Below, piece by piece: positions 19,215-28,845 of a stretch of 64,000 nucleotides of DNA. The position numbers were made by a program, and so were the translations under genes. The notes under the pieces were generated by a model. It ran no database searches. It saw only the letters and a list, made by a program, of their open reading frames with translations, and had not been told where the DNA came from. This DNA comes from a virus (lineage: Duplodnaviria > Caudoviricetes). Position 1 is the first letter of the stretch. Every line of letters starts with the position of its first letter. The stretch lies in IMG/VR virus record IMGVR_UViG_3300020050_007300, positions 9,930 to 73,929 of that record. The stretch is one strand, 5' to 3'.

Positions 19215-19700
19215 TTAGATTTCGCGGTAGATGATGCCGAAAGTCCAACCAGTCAGAACTGCGGGAGCTGCAGGAAGGTGCAGACCAAAGCCTGAAGTGG
19301 AGCCTGCGTTCAACACTACACGTTCTTCAGGGGTGGGAATCCAGACCCAGCCAGAAAGGATGTTAAATGCGTCAGGCAGAAGAATGGTCTTAGCGCCAGC
19401 ACCTTCTGCAGAAGCGTTAATGCCGCAGGTTCCTGCTGCACCTGATGTTCCACCTGCCAGAAGTGATGCAGGGTCGTTCTGCTTCAACTTTACAGGCGTA
19501 GCGGCTGTCAGAGTTGGAAACGCCGCAACTTGGGTGTTCAGTTGTACCCTTTGCTGGGCACTGGCCGTACTACCAGACTGGGACACCCAGGCTCGCAAAA
19601 TCTCAATAGAGGCCGTAGCGCCTGGGGTGAGAAAGGCCAAAGTTACTGGCTGGTTTGCCAGGGTGACGTTTGAACCGGAGAGAATGTATTCGCGTGACAT
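19215..19700 (-). CDS. Putative virion accessory protein
   Basis: Beta-rich, 161 aa, tightly coupled within the cluster. Confidence 0.55.
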   Translation of the reverse strand: MSREYILSGSNVTLANQPVTLAFLTPGATASIEILRAWVSQSGSTASAQQRVQLNTQVAAFPTLTAATPVKLKQNDPASLLAGGTSGAAGTCGINASAEGAGAKTILLPDAFNILSGWVWIPTPEERVVLNAGSTSGFGLHLPAAPAVLTGWTFGIIYREI

Positions 19701-19711
19701 TTGAAAGTTCC

Positions 19712-20731
19712 TTATTGTGCAAGTATAGGGCCGATTACTGGCTGCATGTTTCGTAAAAGTGGACTACTACCAGAAACTGAACCTGCGATTTCCCAGGCTC
19801 CTGGAGTCGGTGCAGTGAGGCTTCTTGGTTGAGCCATAATGTCTAAATCGTTTGTATAGGCTTGGACTCTTACACCAGCCCCTGCTAAAACAGAAGTAGC
19901 CGCAGGACGTACATCTAGGGTTAGGCTAGCAGCGTTGGTAAGCTCAGTAACCACTGGCACATTGAGCAGACTGTTCACTCCAGGGGCTGACGCATCAGAG
20001 GAGACGTTATTACTTGACTGTGCAGAGTATGTGATAGCCTTAAAACACTCCCCAAAAGGTCCTAAAACGACTACGTTCTGCATCAAGGGTGAGTTTGGGT
20101 AGTCGTAGTGAACCCCAAAACCTGCGGCAGGTAGGTCAGCAGGTCTAATTAGCGTCATGTTTATCAGGGCACAGTTCCCTGTTGCACTGATAGCCCGTGA
20201 GCCTCCTCCAAGCAATATACTTACGCAGTTAACTGCTGAAGAACTGGCGTTGCCCATAAAGTAACCCTGCCCACCATCGCGCCTACTCTGAAATAGGCAC
20301 TCTGAGAACCTTTGGTTGCTGCCAAACATACCTCCAGGCTTAAAGTAGTTGCTAGGGTAACTTGTGTCGTAAAAAAACTGGACACCCTTAACCTTGAAAA
20401 AGGAGGTATCGAAGGTCAGCTGATTCTTGTAGTTGCCCTGCACACGAAAGCCAACCCCGTTAGCTATGTCATAGCGCAGAGCATTCGTCAGCTTATTTAC
20501 ATTGTCAGTGAATGAGTGCCCAGTGGCGCAGGTCAGGATAGGGTAGCAGGCAGCACTAGATGTAATACCAGACACAGTTAGCGTATCCGTAAACTCCGAA
20601 TCGTTATAGCACTCCCCGTGCCATATCTGATCTACAGCGACAAGGTCTGTGGGGCACGCGGCAACCCAGGCGTTGACTGTGCTGTAGTCCCTGCCTGCAG
20701 TGCCTATGCTGTGAACTATGGTCGTAGTCAT
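19712..20731 (-). CDS. Putative beta-helix or pectin-lyase-like virion protein
   Basis: SIGTAGRDYSTVNAWVAA N-terminus; N/C/S/G-rich repetitive beta segments; fold is an inference. Confidence 0.45.
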   Translation of the reverse strand: MTTTIVHSIGTAGRDYSTVNAWVAACPTDLVAVDQIWHGECYNDSEFTDTLTVSGITSSAACYPILTCATGHSFTDNVNKLTNALRYDIANGVGFRVQGNYKNQLTFDTSFFKVKGVQFFYDTSYPSNYFKPGGMFGSNQRFSECLFQSRRDGGQGYFMGNASSSAVNCVSILLGGGSRAISATGNCALINMTLIRPADLPAAGFGVHYDYPNSPLMQNVVVLGPFGECFKAITYSAQSSNNVSSDASAPGVNSLLNVPVVTELTNAASLTLDVRPAATSVLAGAGVRVQAYTNDLDIMAQPRSLTAPTPGAWEIAGSVSGSSPLLRNMQPVIGPILAQ

Positions 20732-21135
20732 TCAAATATGTTGGGGTCAGCCAACCTCACTTTTTCGACCTTGAGTGCCAAAAGTTTCTCAGGGCTCATA
20801 GAGGCTTTGAACAGAGGGTTGCGCCTTTTAGGGTCTTCCAGGTTTGCGACTACACCCGGAAGACCTTCCAGGTCCAATTTAAACGCCCTCAATCTCAGCA
20901 TTTTGCTGGGGTTGGTAGGGTCTGTGTCTAGCTCAGGTCCCAAAAAAGCGCTGGCCTGCGACACAGTTACGCGTGGGACCTTAATAATGCGGAACAGTGG
21001 GTTGACTAACTCCTGCTTCCCCCAAAGCCAACCGTCTGGCCGTATAGCCACAACGTCGCCACGCTTGTACTGCTTAGCGTCCAGGTACGGGTCATCACTA
21101 ACCTTATCTAAAGCCAGTACAAGAATTTCGCACAT
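20728..21135 (-). CDS. Hypothetical protein
   Basis: Start moved to ATG 21135, overlapping the upstream TAA; YKRGDVVAIRPDGW..G.QE motif. Confidence 0.65.
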   Translation of the reverse strand: MCEILVLALDKVSDDPYLDAKQYKRGDVVAIRPDGWLWGKQELVNPLFRIIKVPRVTVSQASAFLGPELDTDPTNPSKMLRLRAFKLDLEGLPGVVANLEDPKRRNPLFKASMSPEKLLALKVEKVRLADPNIFE

Positions 21136-21470
21136 TACAAGTAGCCTTCCATCCAACCGTCGTAGGGTTGAACAATCTCCCCTTGAGGATTCCTGTGAGC
21201 GTAGATACAATGACCCATGCTGCCATCTTCAAGTGCTGTCAATCGGTGCAGAACCCCTGCTTTAATCAACACCCAGTTGTGGCCGTCTTTCGCCGACTTA
21301 ACCGCCGACTGCTTGACAGAGCCGTCTACATTTAACGACTCAATCTTCAGGGTCCCACGCGCAACATAGGTAGTATGGTCGAAGTTGTGTGCGTGCCCGT
21401 CAATGACCTCCCCTGCTTTCAGGAAGGCCATCTCACGAATGAAAATATTTCCGCTGACGTACTCCATCAC
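21135..21470 (-). CDS. Cupin-fold protein
   Basis: GHAHNFDHTTYVARG and IKAGVLHRLTA cupin metal-binding motifs. Confidence 0.75.
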   Translation of the reverse strand: MMEYVSGNIFIREMAFLKAGEVIDGHAHNFDHTTYVARGTLKIESLNVDGSVKQSAVKSAKDGHNWVLIKAGVLHRLTALEDGSMGHCIYAHRNPQGEIVQPYDGWMEGYL

Positions 21471-21790
21471 TGCACCGCCAGTTGCTTTTCTCGGACAACA
21501 GCCAGCACACCCAGCATCACCATAGCAAGGCTAGTGTCTGCTCCTAGGGCTGACCCGTCCTCCAGGTTCACCAGGGGGATGGGGTCCATTGCGTCATTCT
21601 GCAGGTCTAGGGTGCTGGAAATAGGCTCAAGGTCTTCTAGCTTACGCACCGAACCGTCGGCCATCTTGACAGCCAGACTTTGCTCAATCGCCACACTCGG
21701 TAGTTGGCCGTTGTCTGGGTAGTTGATCGTAATTCGGTGCGCCCGAACATAGGGCACACCAACCTGAGAGGCATCATAGTTGGTGGTCAT
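21467..21790 (-). CDS. Hypothetical fibre-associated protein
   Basis: 107 aa, 4-nt overlap with the next gene. Confidence 0.55.
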   Translation of the reverse strand: MTTNYDASQVGVPYVRAHRITINYPDNGQLPSVAIEQSLAVKMADGSVRKLEDLEPISSTLDLQNDAMDPIPLVNLEDGSALGADTSLAMVMLGVLAVVREKQLAVQ

Positions 21791-21798
21791 AGCAGCTC

Positions 21799-22437
21799 TT
21801 AGTTGTCCAGGGTGTACACAGCGCCAGCAGCGGCGATGGTGGGAGCAGGGTCACCGCTGTTAACGGTTTTTGCGGCAGTCAACGGGCTGACCAGCATCAT
21901 GTTACCGCCAGTAGTCGCATCGTACACTGCCGAAGCCCACACAAACGAAGGGCCTGAAGTGGGGGCAGAACCGAAAGTCACCACACCGTTATTGCTGGTA
22001 GTCGTGGCAGCTGTACCGGTAGAAGCGACGGTTGTGCCTGCACCTTGAGTACCCGCCCAGTTGGCAAGTGTTGCTGCAGTGTTCGCACGGGCGTAGCCAG
22101 AGTAGGCAGCTTCGACGCATGTGCCTGCACGCATGGCGGCTGTTTGCTCTGTCAGAGTTGCCGTACCATCGACGATGGCTTCGTTCATGTTGCCAGGGAA
22201 CAGCGATGCTTGCGCAGCGGCCGACGTACCTGCAGTCGTCACCTTGTAGAGGTGGGTCTTACCATCGTTGGCAGTCAGCGAAAGGGTGTCGTTGAGTGCG
22301 TAGACAGTGGAGTTAGCTCGTGGGCCGCGAGTAGACGTCAGCAGGCCAATGGAGAAAGTAGCGGCGGGGAAGGTGTAAGCCTGGCCACGGAACAACTGGT
22401 CCAGAAGCTTGTTGCCGAAATAGGAAGTGAACTGCAT
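21799..22437 (-). CDS. Fibre-like structural protein with an inserted small carbohydrate-binding-like segment
   Basis: FTSYFGNKLLDQLFRGQAY...YSGYARA...NNGVVTF...YDATTGGNMM framework with a RANSTVYALND...YKVTTAGTS insert. Confidence 0.6.
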   Translation of the reverse strand: MQFTSYFGNKLLDQLFRGQAYTFPAATFSIGLLTSTRGPRANSTVYALNDTLSLTANDGKTHLYKVTTAGTSAAAQASLFPGNMNEAIVDGTATLTEQTAAMRAGTCVEAAYSGYARANTAATLANWAGTQGAGTTVASTGTAATTTSNNGVVTFGSAPTSGPSFVWASAVYDATTGGNMMLVSPLTAAKTVNSGDPAPTIAAAGAVYTLDN

Positions 22438-22449
22438 GTTTGGTCCTTG

Positions 22450-22692
22450 TTACTTGGAGGGTTTTACTGGCGTTTCTGGCGCAGCTTTGGGCAGCACTAG
22501 GGCTGGTTGGGTTTTGGTCCAGTCGGTGACTTCAGCCTCAGTGTCTACCAAGGGTAAAAACACGACATTGCTGGTGGGGTCTACAAGTCTGAAGGGGCAC
22601 TTGTTGTAAATCGCTGGCATAGGGTTTCCGTAAAGGTTGGATTTTACCTCTCTAGGCATTGGAGGCCTAGGGGACTTACTTACTGTTGGCAA
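22450..22692 (-). CDS. Small hypothetical protein
   Basis: 80 aa ORF in operon position after a terminator-like hairpin. Confidence 0.5.
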   Translation of the reverse strand: MPTVSKSPRPPMPREVKSNLYGNPMPAIYNKCPFRLVDPTSNVVFLPLVDTEAEVTDWTKTQPALVLPKAAPETPVKPSK

Positions 22693-22704
22693 TTGCTGAA
22701 GAGG

Positions 22705-22737
22705 ACTAAAAGACCTGTTTTAAGTAGGTCTTTTAGT
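22705..22737. terminator. 12-bp hairpin, possibly a bidirectional terminator
   Basis: ACTAAAAGACCT-gttttaagt-AGGTCTTTTAGT. Confidence 0.55.
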
Positions 22738-22771
22738 GCAGTGGGTCTTACCTCACCGGCAGGGGATGGGA

Positions 22772-22924
22772 TTACTCTGTCGGAACTTCTGTGCCCACAA
22801 GGCGATACTTGCCCTCTTCTGTGCGCTCCCAGCCATACAGCAGCTCGGTTGTGCCCTCGGGGTGCAGCTCGCGGAACATCTGGTTCGACGCTGCTTCTGC
22901 CTCTGCTTGTGTGTCAAAAATCAT
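22772..22924 (-). CDS. 50-aa acidic protein coupled to the upstream fibre (possible chaperone)
   Basis: MIFDTQAEAEAASNQMFRELHPEGTTELLYGWERTEEGKYRLVGTEVPTE; TAATG overlap at 22924; not in the ORF track. Confidence 0.65.
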   Translation of the reverse strand: MIFDTQAEAEAASNQMFRELHPEGTTELLYGWERTEEGKYRLVGTEVPTE

Positions 22925-24117
22925 TACATTACCTCCTGTGCTTGTACTTGAATCATCCAGCGGATTGTGTTTGTGCCAGCGCCTGTTACGTTGATTGCGA
23001 GAGCCCCGTTGGTGGTGTCAGCCGCTGCGGCTACGACCCAAGCGGAGGCACCCGCGTCTGCGAAAGAGCTGACTACAGACGAGTTAACCAGCACTGTTGC
23101 CGCAGCGTTAGCGCCCCGGCGAATAAGCCCCGTGACTTCCCACTCTTTAGTCACCAGCGCTACAGCATCAAATGCCACGACTTGTGCAGTAAATCTAACT
23201 GCGGACAGACTGCGGAGCGCTAGCTGATTTGTAGCTGAGCCGCTAGCTGCATCGGCTGTGGCCCGTGTGAGTGTTGCACCTACTGTGGACTGCCGCAGGC
23301 CTGTGCGTGTACTTTGGTAGCGGCCCAGTGCGTCGGAGTTGTGGCCGAAGGCCACTTGTCCGGCGACTGAGTTGGTATTTGCGTATGCACCACCAACGGT
23401 TATTGTTCTAGTACCTATTGCCTGGTTTGCGTACCCACCTATTGAAGCCGCACCAGCTCCATTTGAATAACAGTTATCTCCCGCAGCCAAGGCCGCTATT
23501 CCGTTAGCAGCGGACAAGACTCCTGCGGTAAATGTGTAATCCCCAGCCGAGAGATTACCGTTGCCAACGGAGTAGGACCATTGCCCTGATGCAGTATTAT
23601 TCCTACCGAATACCGTGCTGTAGTTACCGGATGCTGTGTTATCCGAACCCGCAGCGAAAGATTGCACACCACTGGCTACTCTTGTAGCCTGCGAGCGCTG
23701 TAGCTGCGAATCCACCGCGCAAGTGCCTCGCTTATTCCCGCCGTACACAGTGCCGTCTGGTATAGCCAGCATGAAACTGCCTGTACTGCCTTTCGGGACA
23801 ACAGCAATATCAATATTCGCTGACGCGCCGGAGGCTAGCAGTGCGTCTACTGGGACAGAAGCGTTAGGGGCTGTGGAGACTTCGGATTGTGTGAATGTGC
23901 CAGCCCCTGACACCGGAGTAAACACTGCGGAGCCATTAACACCTTGCAGGGCGCACAGTTGCCCTGTGCCCTTGTTGGTCAAGGTGCTGCCTAGCTTCGG
24001 CCTGTAGCCGTCCGAAGCTATCGCCACGTTTATTTGCGCGATTTCTGCACTGGTGTACTCACCCAGGTATCGTTCATCGCTGTCTAGGTTTTGACGTAAA
24101 AAGTCTAAAGATGCCAC
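22924..24117 (-). CDS. Fibre or spike protein with YadA-head-like (Hep_Hag) repeats
   Basis: ASGVQSFAAGSDNTASGNYSTVFGRNNTASGQWSYSVG 14-residue repeats; first gene after the major capsid terminator. Confidence 0.7.
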   Translation of the reverse strand: MASLDFLRQNLDSDERYLGEYTSAEIAQINVAIASDGYRPKLGSTLTNKGTGQLCALQGVNGSAVFTPVSGAGTFTQSEVSTAPNASVPVDALLASGASANIDIAVVPKGSTGSFMLAIPDGTVYGGNKRGTCAVDSQLQRSQATRVASGVQSFAAGSDNTASGNYSTVFGRNNTASGQWSYSVGNGNLSAGDYTFTAGVLSAANGIAALAAGDNCYSNGAGAASIGGYANQAIGTRTITVGGAYANTNSVAGQVAFGHNSDALGRYQSTRTGLRQSTVGATLTRATADAASGSATNQLALRSLSAVRFTAQVVAFDAVALVTKEWEVTGLIRRGANAAATVLVNSSVVSSFADAGASAWVVAAAADTTNGALAINVTGAGTNTIRWMIQVQAQEVM

Positions 24118-24143
24118 TGGAACTTCTCCTGTTTAAACTAATA

Positions 24144-24173
24144 AAGAAAAGGCCCCAATCGGGGCCTTTTCTT
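24144..24173 (-). terminator. Intrinsic terminator after the major capsid gene
   Basis: AAGAAAAGGCCCC-aatc-GGGGCCTTTTCTT, 13 bp. Confidence 0.85.
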
Positions 24174-24185
24174 AGCTAACTATGT

Positions 24186-25409
24186 TCACGAGATTGTGAG
24201 CACGTCAAAAGCACGCGTATCGGTGTCACCAAAAGTCCGGTAGCAGCTTTCCGAATAGTCGAACCTCATGGCCGTGCTACGACGCAGGGCAAAAGCCTCA
24301 CTGGCGCTGTAGGTTGCACCAACGTTGGTCACACGGGTGATAGCCTTGCGGGAATCAAGCGCCCAGATCGTGTTAGCTGGTACTGGACCACCTTCGGCTG
24401 CGGAGTCAACGATGAAGAACTTCACGTTGTTGCCGAAACCTACGTTCACTTGGTTAGCTGGAATGGCTTGTGGGTCAATCACAGCCAAGCGTGGGTCGTA
24501 AGCCACCGTACCTGGACGACCGGCGCGACCTTCAATCTTCAGGTAGGTGTCAATGTCGCAGACGATGTAGTCGATGTTGCGGAACTTGCGGTTACGCGCC
24601 AGGAACTTCACCCAGGCCTTGTGGGTCAGCACACCACCGGTAGCAGCAGCGTCCAAGGACGTGCTGGTCACGGCAGCAATAGCGCCAACTACGAGGTCGT
24701 TGTCACCCGAGAACAGTGCGCTCAGGTAACCGTAGACGCGTGCGTCCTTTTCCACCTGCATGTAGCGAGCTACGCTCAGGGCCACAACGTCAATGGTCAA
24801 GGCTGCGCGGGCTTTATCGCTGAACTCGATACCCATGCCAAAAGCGGGCAGGGAGCGAATGCGCTCGGCGGTGGACAGGCGCAGCATTGCGCCGGGTTCC
24901 GCAAACTCCGTCACGCGCTGGGCACGGGCTTGTTCAGGACCGCCAACGGTCTGGTACGAGATGACAGGCTGGATGAAGTTTTCGTTGGGGATGGACATTT
25001 CTTGGCCAACCATCTGATCGAACACCACGGTGTCCGTATCACGGTCCTTAGCCAGAATGTCTTCCACCATGTCCACGATAGCAGCAGGGTACAGCGAACG
25101 AGCAGCCACACCGAATGGCGAACCACGGTCAGAAGCGTTGTTCATACCAGCGGCTTGCATACCAGCTTTGCCATCCAGAATGTCATTCACGGTAGCTGCG
25201 CGGATACCGAAGTCATTCGCACCGGGCAAGATCAAGCCCTCCGAAGCGCACAGCTGTTTGAAGGCCGAACCCTTAGAAGTGTCAGCGTTCATGTACTGAC
25301 GGTTGATGTAAGTGGGGACAGACATGCCGGCATCAAAAGAGGCCTTGTGAATGTCAGCGGAAATTTCTACGTGTTGGGCAACGCCGTCACGGTCAAGGAA
25401 GAAAGCCAT
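24186..25409 (-). CDS. Major capsid protein
   Basis: 407 aa, strongly biased codons, follows protease and decoration genes, ends at a strong terminator. Confidence 0.85.
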   Translation of the reverse strand: MAFFLDRDGVAQHVEISADIHKASFDAGMSVPTYINRQYMNADTSKGSAFKQLCASEGLILPGANDFGIRAATVNDILDGKAGMQAAGMNNASDRGSPFGVAARSLYPAAIVDMVEDILAKDRDTDTVVFDQMVGQEMSIPNENFIQPVISYQTVGGPEQARAQRVTEFAEPGAMLRLSTAERIRSLPAFGMGIEFSDKARAALTIDVVALSVARYMQVEKDARVYGYLSALFSGDNDLVVGAIAAVTSTSLDAAATGGVLTHKAWVKFLARNRKFRNIDYIVCDIDTYLKIEGRAGRPGTVAYDPRLAVIDPQAIPANQVNVGFGNNVKFFIVDSAAEGGPVPANTIWALDSRKAITRVTNVGATYSASEAFALRRSTAMRFDYSESCYRTFGDTDTRAFDVLTIS

Positions 25410-25437
25410 TTGTTAAACTCCTGAATTTGGTTATTGA

Positions 25438-25917
25438 TTACAGCTTTTCCAGGCACAGACGAGTGCCGACAGCGCCAGTACCAGCGGTGCCCAGACTCAC
25501 GACGCGCCAAGCGTGACGGACCAGGGTTTGGGACGTGGCCTTGCAGACTTTGGGGTAAGCAGCCAGAGCCGTACCCTTAGCCGTCAGCGTACCCACGACA
25601 ACCAGATCACCCAAAGCGATAACGCCGGTGCCTGGGGTACCTTGCAGGCCGTCAGCAGTGGCGAACATGTAGCCGTTACCTTGGCCGGTAGCAACACCAC
25701 CAACAGTGTAGCCAGCGGAAGTGCCAGACTCGACTTGGGTGATGACGCCTTCGATGGCATCACCAGCAACTGCCAGCACGTACTGGCTTTCACCAGACAG
25801 CTTCACAGCTTTGCCGACTTCCGTGTCGGTGTATTTGTCGGCAGGGCCGGTGCCCAGACGAGCGGCAATCACCTTGCCAATTGGCAGGGTGGGCACGATG
25901 AAATGATTTGCGGCCAT
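25438..25917 (-). CDS. Capsid decoration (cement) protein
   Basis: Gly/Ala/Val-rich 159 aa between protease and capsid; VGKAVKLSGESQYVLAVAGDAIEG. Confidence 0.7.
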   Translation of the reverse strand: MAANHFIVPTLPIGKVIAARLGTGPADKYTDTEVGKAVKLSGESQYVLAVAGDAIEGVITQVESGTSAGYTVGGVATGQGNGYMFATADGLQGTPGTGVIALGDLVVVGTLTAKGTALAAYPKVCKATSQTLVRHAWRVVSLGTAGTGAVGTRLCLEKL

Positions 25918-25929
25918 GTAGATTACTCC

Positions 25930-27348
25930 TTATTTGGCTTTTTGGGTGGATGCGACGGCTGCAAGAAACATAGGATTCACTGCAGCTTTAGCCTTAGTGG
26001 TATCCGTGGTGGTGGCAGCCACACCGCCCACCTTAAACTTGGACTGGAACAAGGCGCTCAGACGGCCGTGCTCTGACAGAACTTCCGCAGGCGACAGAGC
26101 GGCAGCGGTGTCCGCAGACATACCGAAGTGCAGACCCATAGTCTTGACCGAAGCGCGGGCGATTTCAATCGAACCTTGTGCTTGCAGCTTCAGAGCAGCC
26201 AACTCAGTTTTGGAAGTAGAGGCTTCCATACGAGCAGTCAGCAGTTCCGCTTGGGCGGTTGCCAGCATCGACTGCAAAACAGTCAGAGCGTCTGGAGCAG
26301 CGGCGGCAGGGGCGGCGTCTGCCTGGGCAGGCGTTTCAGGCACTACTTCAGCGGCTGGTGCAGCGGCATCGGCTGCAGCGGGCAATTCAATGCCAGCAGC
26401 CATTGCGTCGATCTGTTCTTGGGAAAGGGGTTGAGGCATGTGGGTTCCTTGAGAATTGGCATGATTATCGGCCATAGAAACAAGGTTTGCGTCTGCTCCT
26501 GCTTGAACATAGCCGTTGTTGATAGTTCCTTGGGCTGGTCGGGACTTTTTATCCCCCAGCTTTACAGCAGCAGCGAAGGCATCCTCAAAGCTACCTACCT
26601 CGTCAATAAGGCCAGCTTTCTTTGCGCCTTCCGCCAGAAAGTCCACACCTTGGCCGAAGTTCTTATCTGCGACAGCAGCCGACACGCCCCTGCAATCTGC
26701 AGCGTAGTTCAAGAATATGTCGTACATTTCTTGTGCCCTAGCCTCCAGACCTTGCCGGGCTTTATCCGACAAAGCCTCATACGGAGTAGCAAGCGCCTTC
26801 TCTGTACCTGCACGAATGACCGTCACTTTGATGCCTGCTTTTTCAAGCATCTCGGACTTGTCTGCGTGCACCATGATGATGCCAAGGCTTCCAATTTCTG
26901 CAGTCTCTGCTCCGTAAATCTTGCGGCCTGATACGCCCAACCACAAGCAGGCGCTACCCATAGTAGCGCCTGCATAGGTAACTACAGGTTTAACCTTGTT
27001 CACACGACGAATCAGTTGTGCGGTTTCGTGGCAACCTGCCACAGCACCACCGCCGGAAGCCATGTTCAGGAGGATGGAGGTAACTTCTGGCTTAAGCAAC
27101 GCCGCAGTCAGTGCGTCACGAATGTCGCTGTAACCGCACTGGCCAAAGTACAGGCCCCAACCTGCATTCCCAGGAACGAGAGAACCTTGGATGCTGATGA
27201 TACCCACACTGCCTTGCACTTCCAGCAGTGGTGGCAGACTAGCTGGTTCTTCTCCTGCGTTCATGCGAGCTTCAGCTTTTGCAGAAGCTTCGATGCTTGC
27301 TTCGTAAGAGGATTGGCTACCCAGCCAGAGGGATAATTTATGAGGCAT
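25930..27348 (-). CDS. S49 (SppA-like) prohead protease with C-terminal scaffold domain
   Basis: SGGGAVAG, MGSACLWLG and AEIGSLG motifs, then an Ala/Pro linker and a helical tail. Confidence 0.9.
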   Translation of the reverse strand: MPHKLSLWLGSQSSYEASIEASAKAEARMNAGEEPASLPPLLEVQGSVGIISIQGSLVPGNAGWGLYFGQCGYSDIRDALTAALLKPEVTSILLNMASGGGAVAGCHETAQLIRRVNKVKPVVTYAGATMGSACLWLGVSGRKIYGAETAEIGSLGIIMVHADKSEMLEKAGIKVTVIRAGTEKALATPYEALSDKARQGLEARAQEMYDIFLNYAADCRGVSAAVADKNFGQGVDFLAEGAKKAGLIDEVGSFEDAFAAAVKLGDKKSRPAQGTINNGYVQAGADANLVSMADNHANSQGTHMPQPLSQEQIDAMAAGIELPAAADAAAPAAEVVPETPAQADAAPAAAAPDALTVLQSMLATAQAELLTARMEASTSKTELAALKLQAQGSIEIARASVKTMGLHFGMSADTAAALSPAEVLSEHGRLSALFQSKFKVGGVAATTTDTTKAKAAVNPMFLAAVASTQKAK

Positions 27349-27360
27349 ACCAGATTCTAA

Positions 27361-28824
27361 CTACGTTGCAGCTTTATTGTTCTGGGACTTCACGCCTTTT
27401 GGCTGGTCCGAAGACATTGCACTGTTGTTGGAAGTCGGGTTACCGCCTGTTTGGGCAGTAGAAGACTTAAACATAGTACCACTTAAAGGTGTGAAACCTG
27501 CTGGAGGTAGGTTACCAGTCAACAGTATGCAAGCCTCCTCGTCAAGCATGTAACCAAGGCTCGTAAGCTCCAGGATGCGGGACTGTTGGATGGCCCTGAA
27601 AGCCTCAAGTTCTGCCTCGGGGCGTAAGTCTATCGCTGCGTAGGTGAACTCCACGTAGCAGTCTTGGCCCAGCAAACGCACAGCCACGCTCAGGGCTCGA
27701 CTGTACATCTCATTAAGCTTCACCCGAATACCGTTAGCCTGTTTAATGTACAGCAAGCTCTCTGTGGACGAAGCCATACTGTTGCTGCCGTGCCCCAGGA
27801 TAACAGGCAAGGTCTTTGCGCCAGACGCAAGTTTTCCGTTCAGCACGCCCTGAATCTTTTGGATGATCGCAGAAGGGTCCCCACCTCCGTCAATGTAGCT
27901 GTATTTCACTGTGTCGTAAGTGACATAGCTGTCTTCCGGTGCCGAACCGTTGATAGTCGACTGGATTTCTTCGAGCAGTGTGGTGTAGTAAGCAGCACAC
28001 TTGGCAGGGTCTTGCAACACATCCGGTGGCATCATCTTCTTGACTTTCTCAAAGTCAATAGAAGCAACCGTGCGTGGCAGCACAGCACGCTTGAGCGCCC
28101 TGCGAATGTCGTTGTTAAACTCAATGTCCGCGAGTACCGGCTGAATAGCCGACTCTATGTAACCGCTAGGGTATGAGTCCGTTTGAAACTTGTCAATCGT
28201 AGTGTAGATGACTGTAGGAAGGTCAAGGTCTATCTCTTCCCCTCCGATAAGTTGTACCAGACGGAAAGAATTTTCTTCTTCGTACTGCCTTAAGGTGGTT
28301 ACAGAGACAGGGTTCATGCTGGCAGGCACTCTAGCTTTGTCAAGGGCTACTTCCAGGCAAGCTGCTCCGTCCATAATCAGCTCAAGTGCCAGGGACTCTG
28401 ACAGGGTCTGCAGGCCCATCTGGGTGCCGAACGAACCGTCTGCATTGCCAAGGTACGTCATGCGGCGCAGCAGTTCCTGCGCTAACTGTGTCGCAGGTAC
28501 GTTAATTTTTCCGTCCATATCCCTAGCGACAGTTGTGTACTTCTCAGGAATACCTGTACGAAGTAGGAAGCTTACTGCTGCACTTAGGTCTGGGCTGGAT
28601 TTGACGAGTTCTCGCAGAACTTTTGGGGTAGAGCCTTGGTCCCTTGCCGTTAAACGATTGGTGTTGGCAAGTTGCCGGTCAGTTTTCGCCACCACTGAAG
28701 TCTTGGGGGCTACGTTTGTGCGGTCACCTGGGACAGCTTGTGCGCCTTTAGGCGCTTTTGGCATGGGCATCGGCGGCAGCGTGCTGGCGTGCCACAGGCT
28801 TCTTACTTTGGAAAAGATGTTCAT
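27361..28824 (-). CDS. Portal protein
   Basis: 487 aa between TerL and the protease; helical composition. Confidence 0.8.
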   Translation of the reverse strand: MNIFSKVRSLWHASTLPPMPMPKAPKGAQAVPGDRTNVAPKTSVVAKTDRQLANTNRLTARDQGSTPKVLRELVKSSPDLSAAVSFLLRTGIPEKYTTVARDMDGKINVPATQLAQELLRRMTYLGNADGSFGTQMGLQTLSESLALELIMDGAACLEVALDKARVPASMNPVSVTTLRQYEEENSFRLVQLIGGEEIDLDLPTVIYTTIDKFQTDSYPSGYIESAIQPVLADIEFNNDIRRALKRAVLPRTVASIDFEKVKKMMPPDVLQDPAKCAAYYTTLLEEIQSTINGSAPEDSYVTYDTVKYSYIDGGGDPSAIIQKIQGVLNGKLASGAKTLPVILGHGSNSMASSTESLLYIKQANGIRVKLNEMYSRALSVAVRLLGQDCYVEFTYAAIDLRPEAELEAFRAIQQSRILELTSLGYMLDEEACILLTGNLPPAGFTPLSGTMFKSSTAQTGGNPTSNNSAMSSDQPKGVKSQNNKAAT

Positions 28825-28845
28825 GGTGTTGACCTCTGAGCGCAG

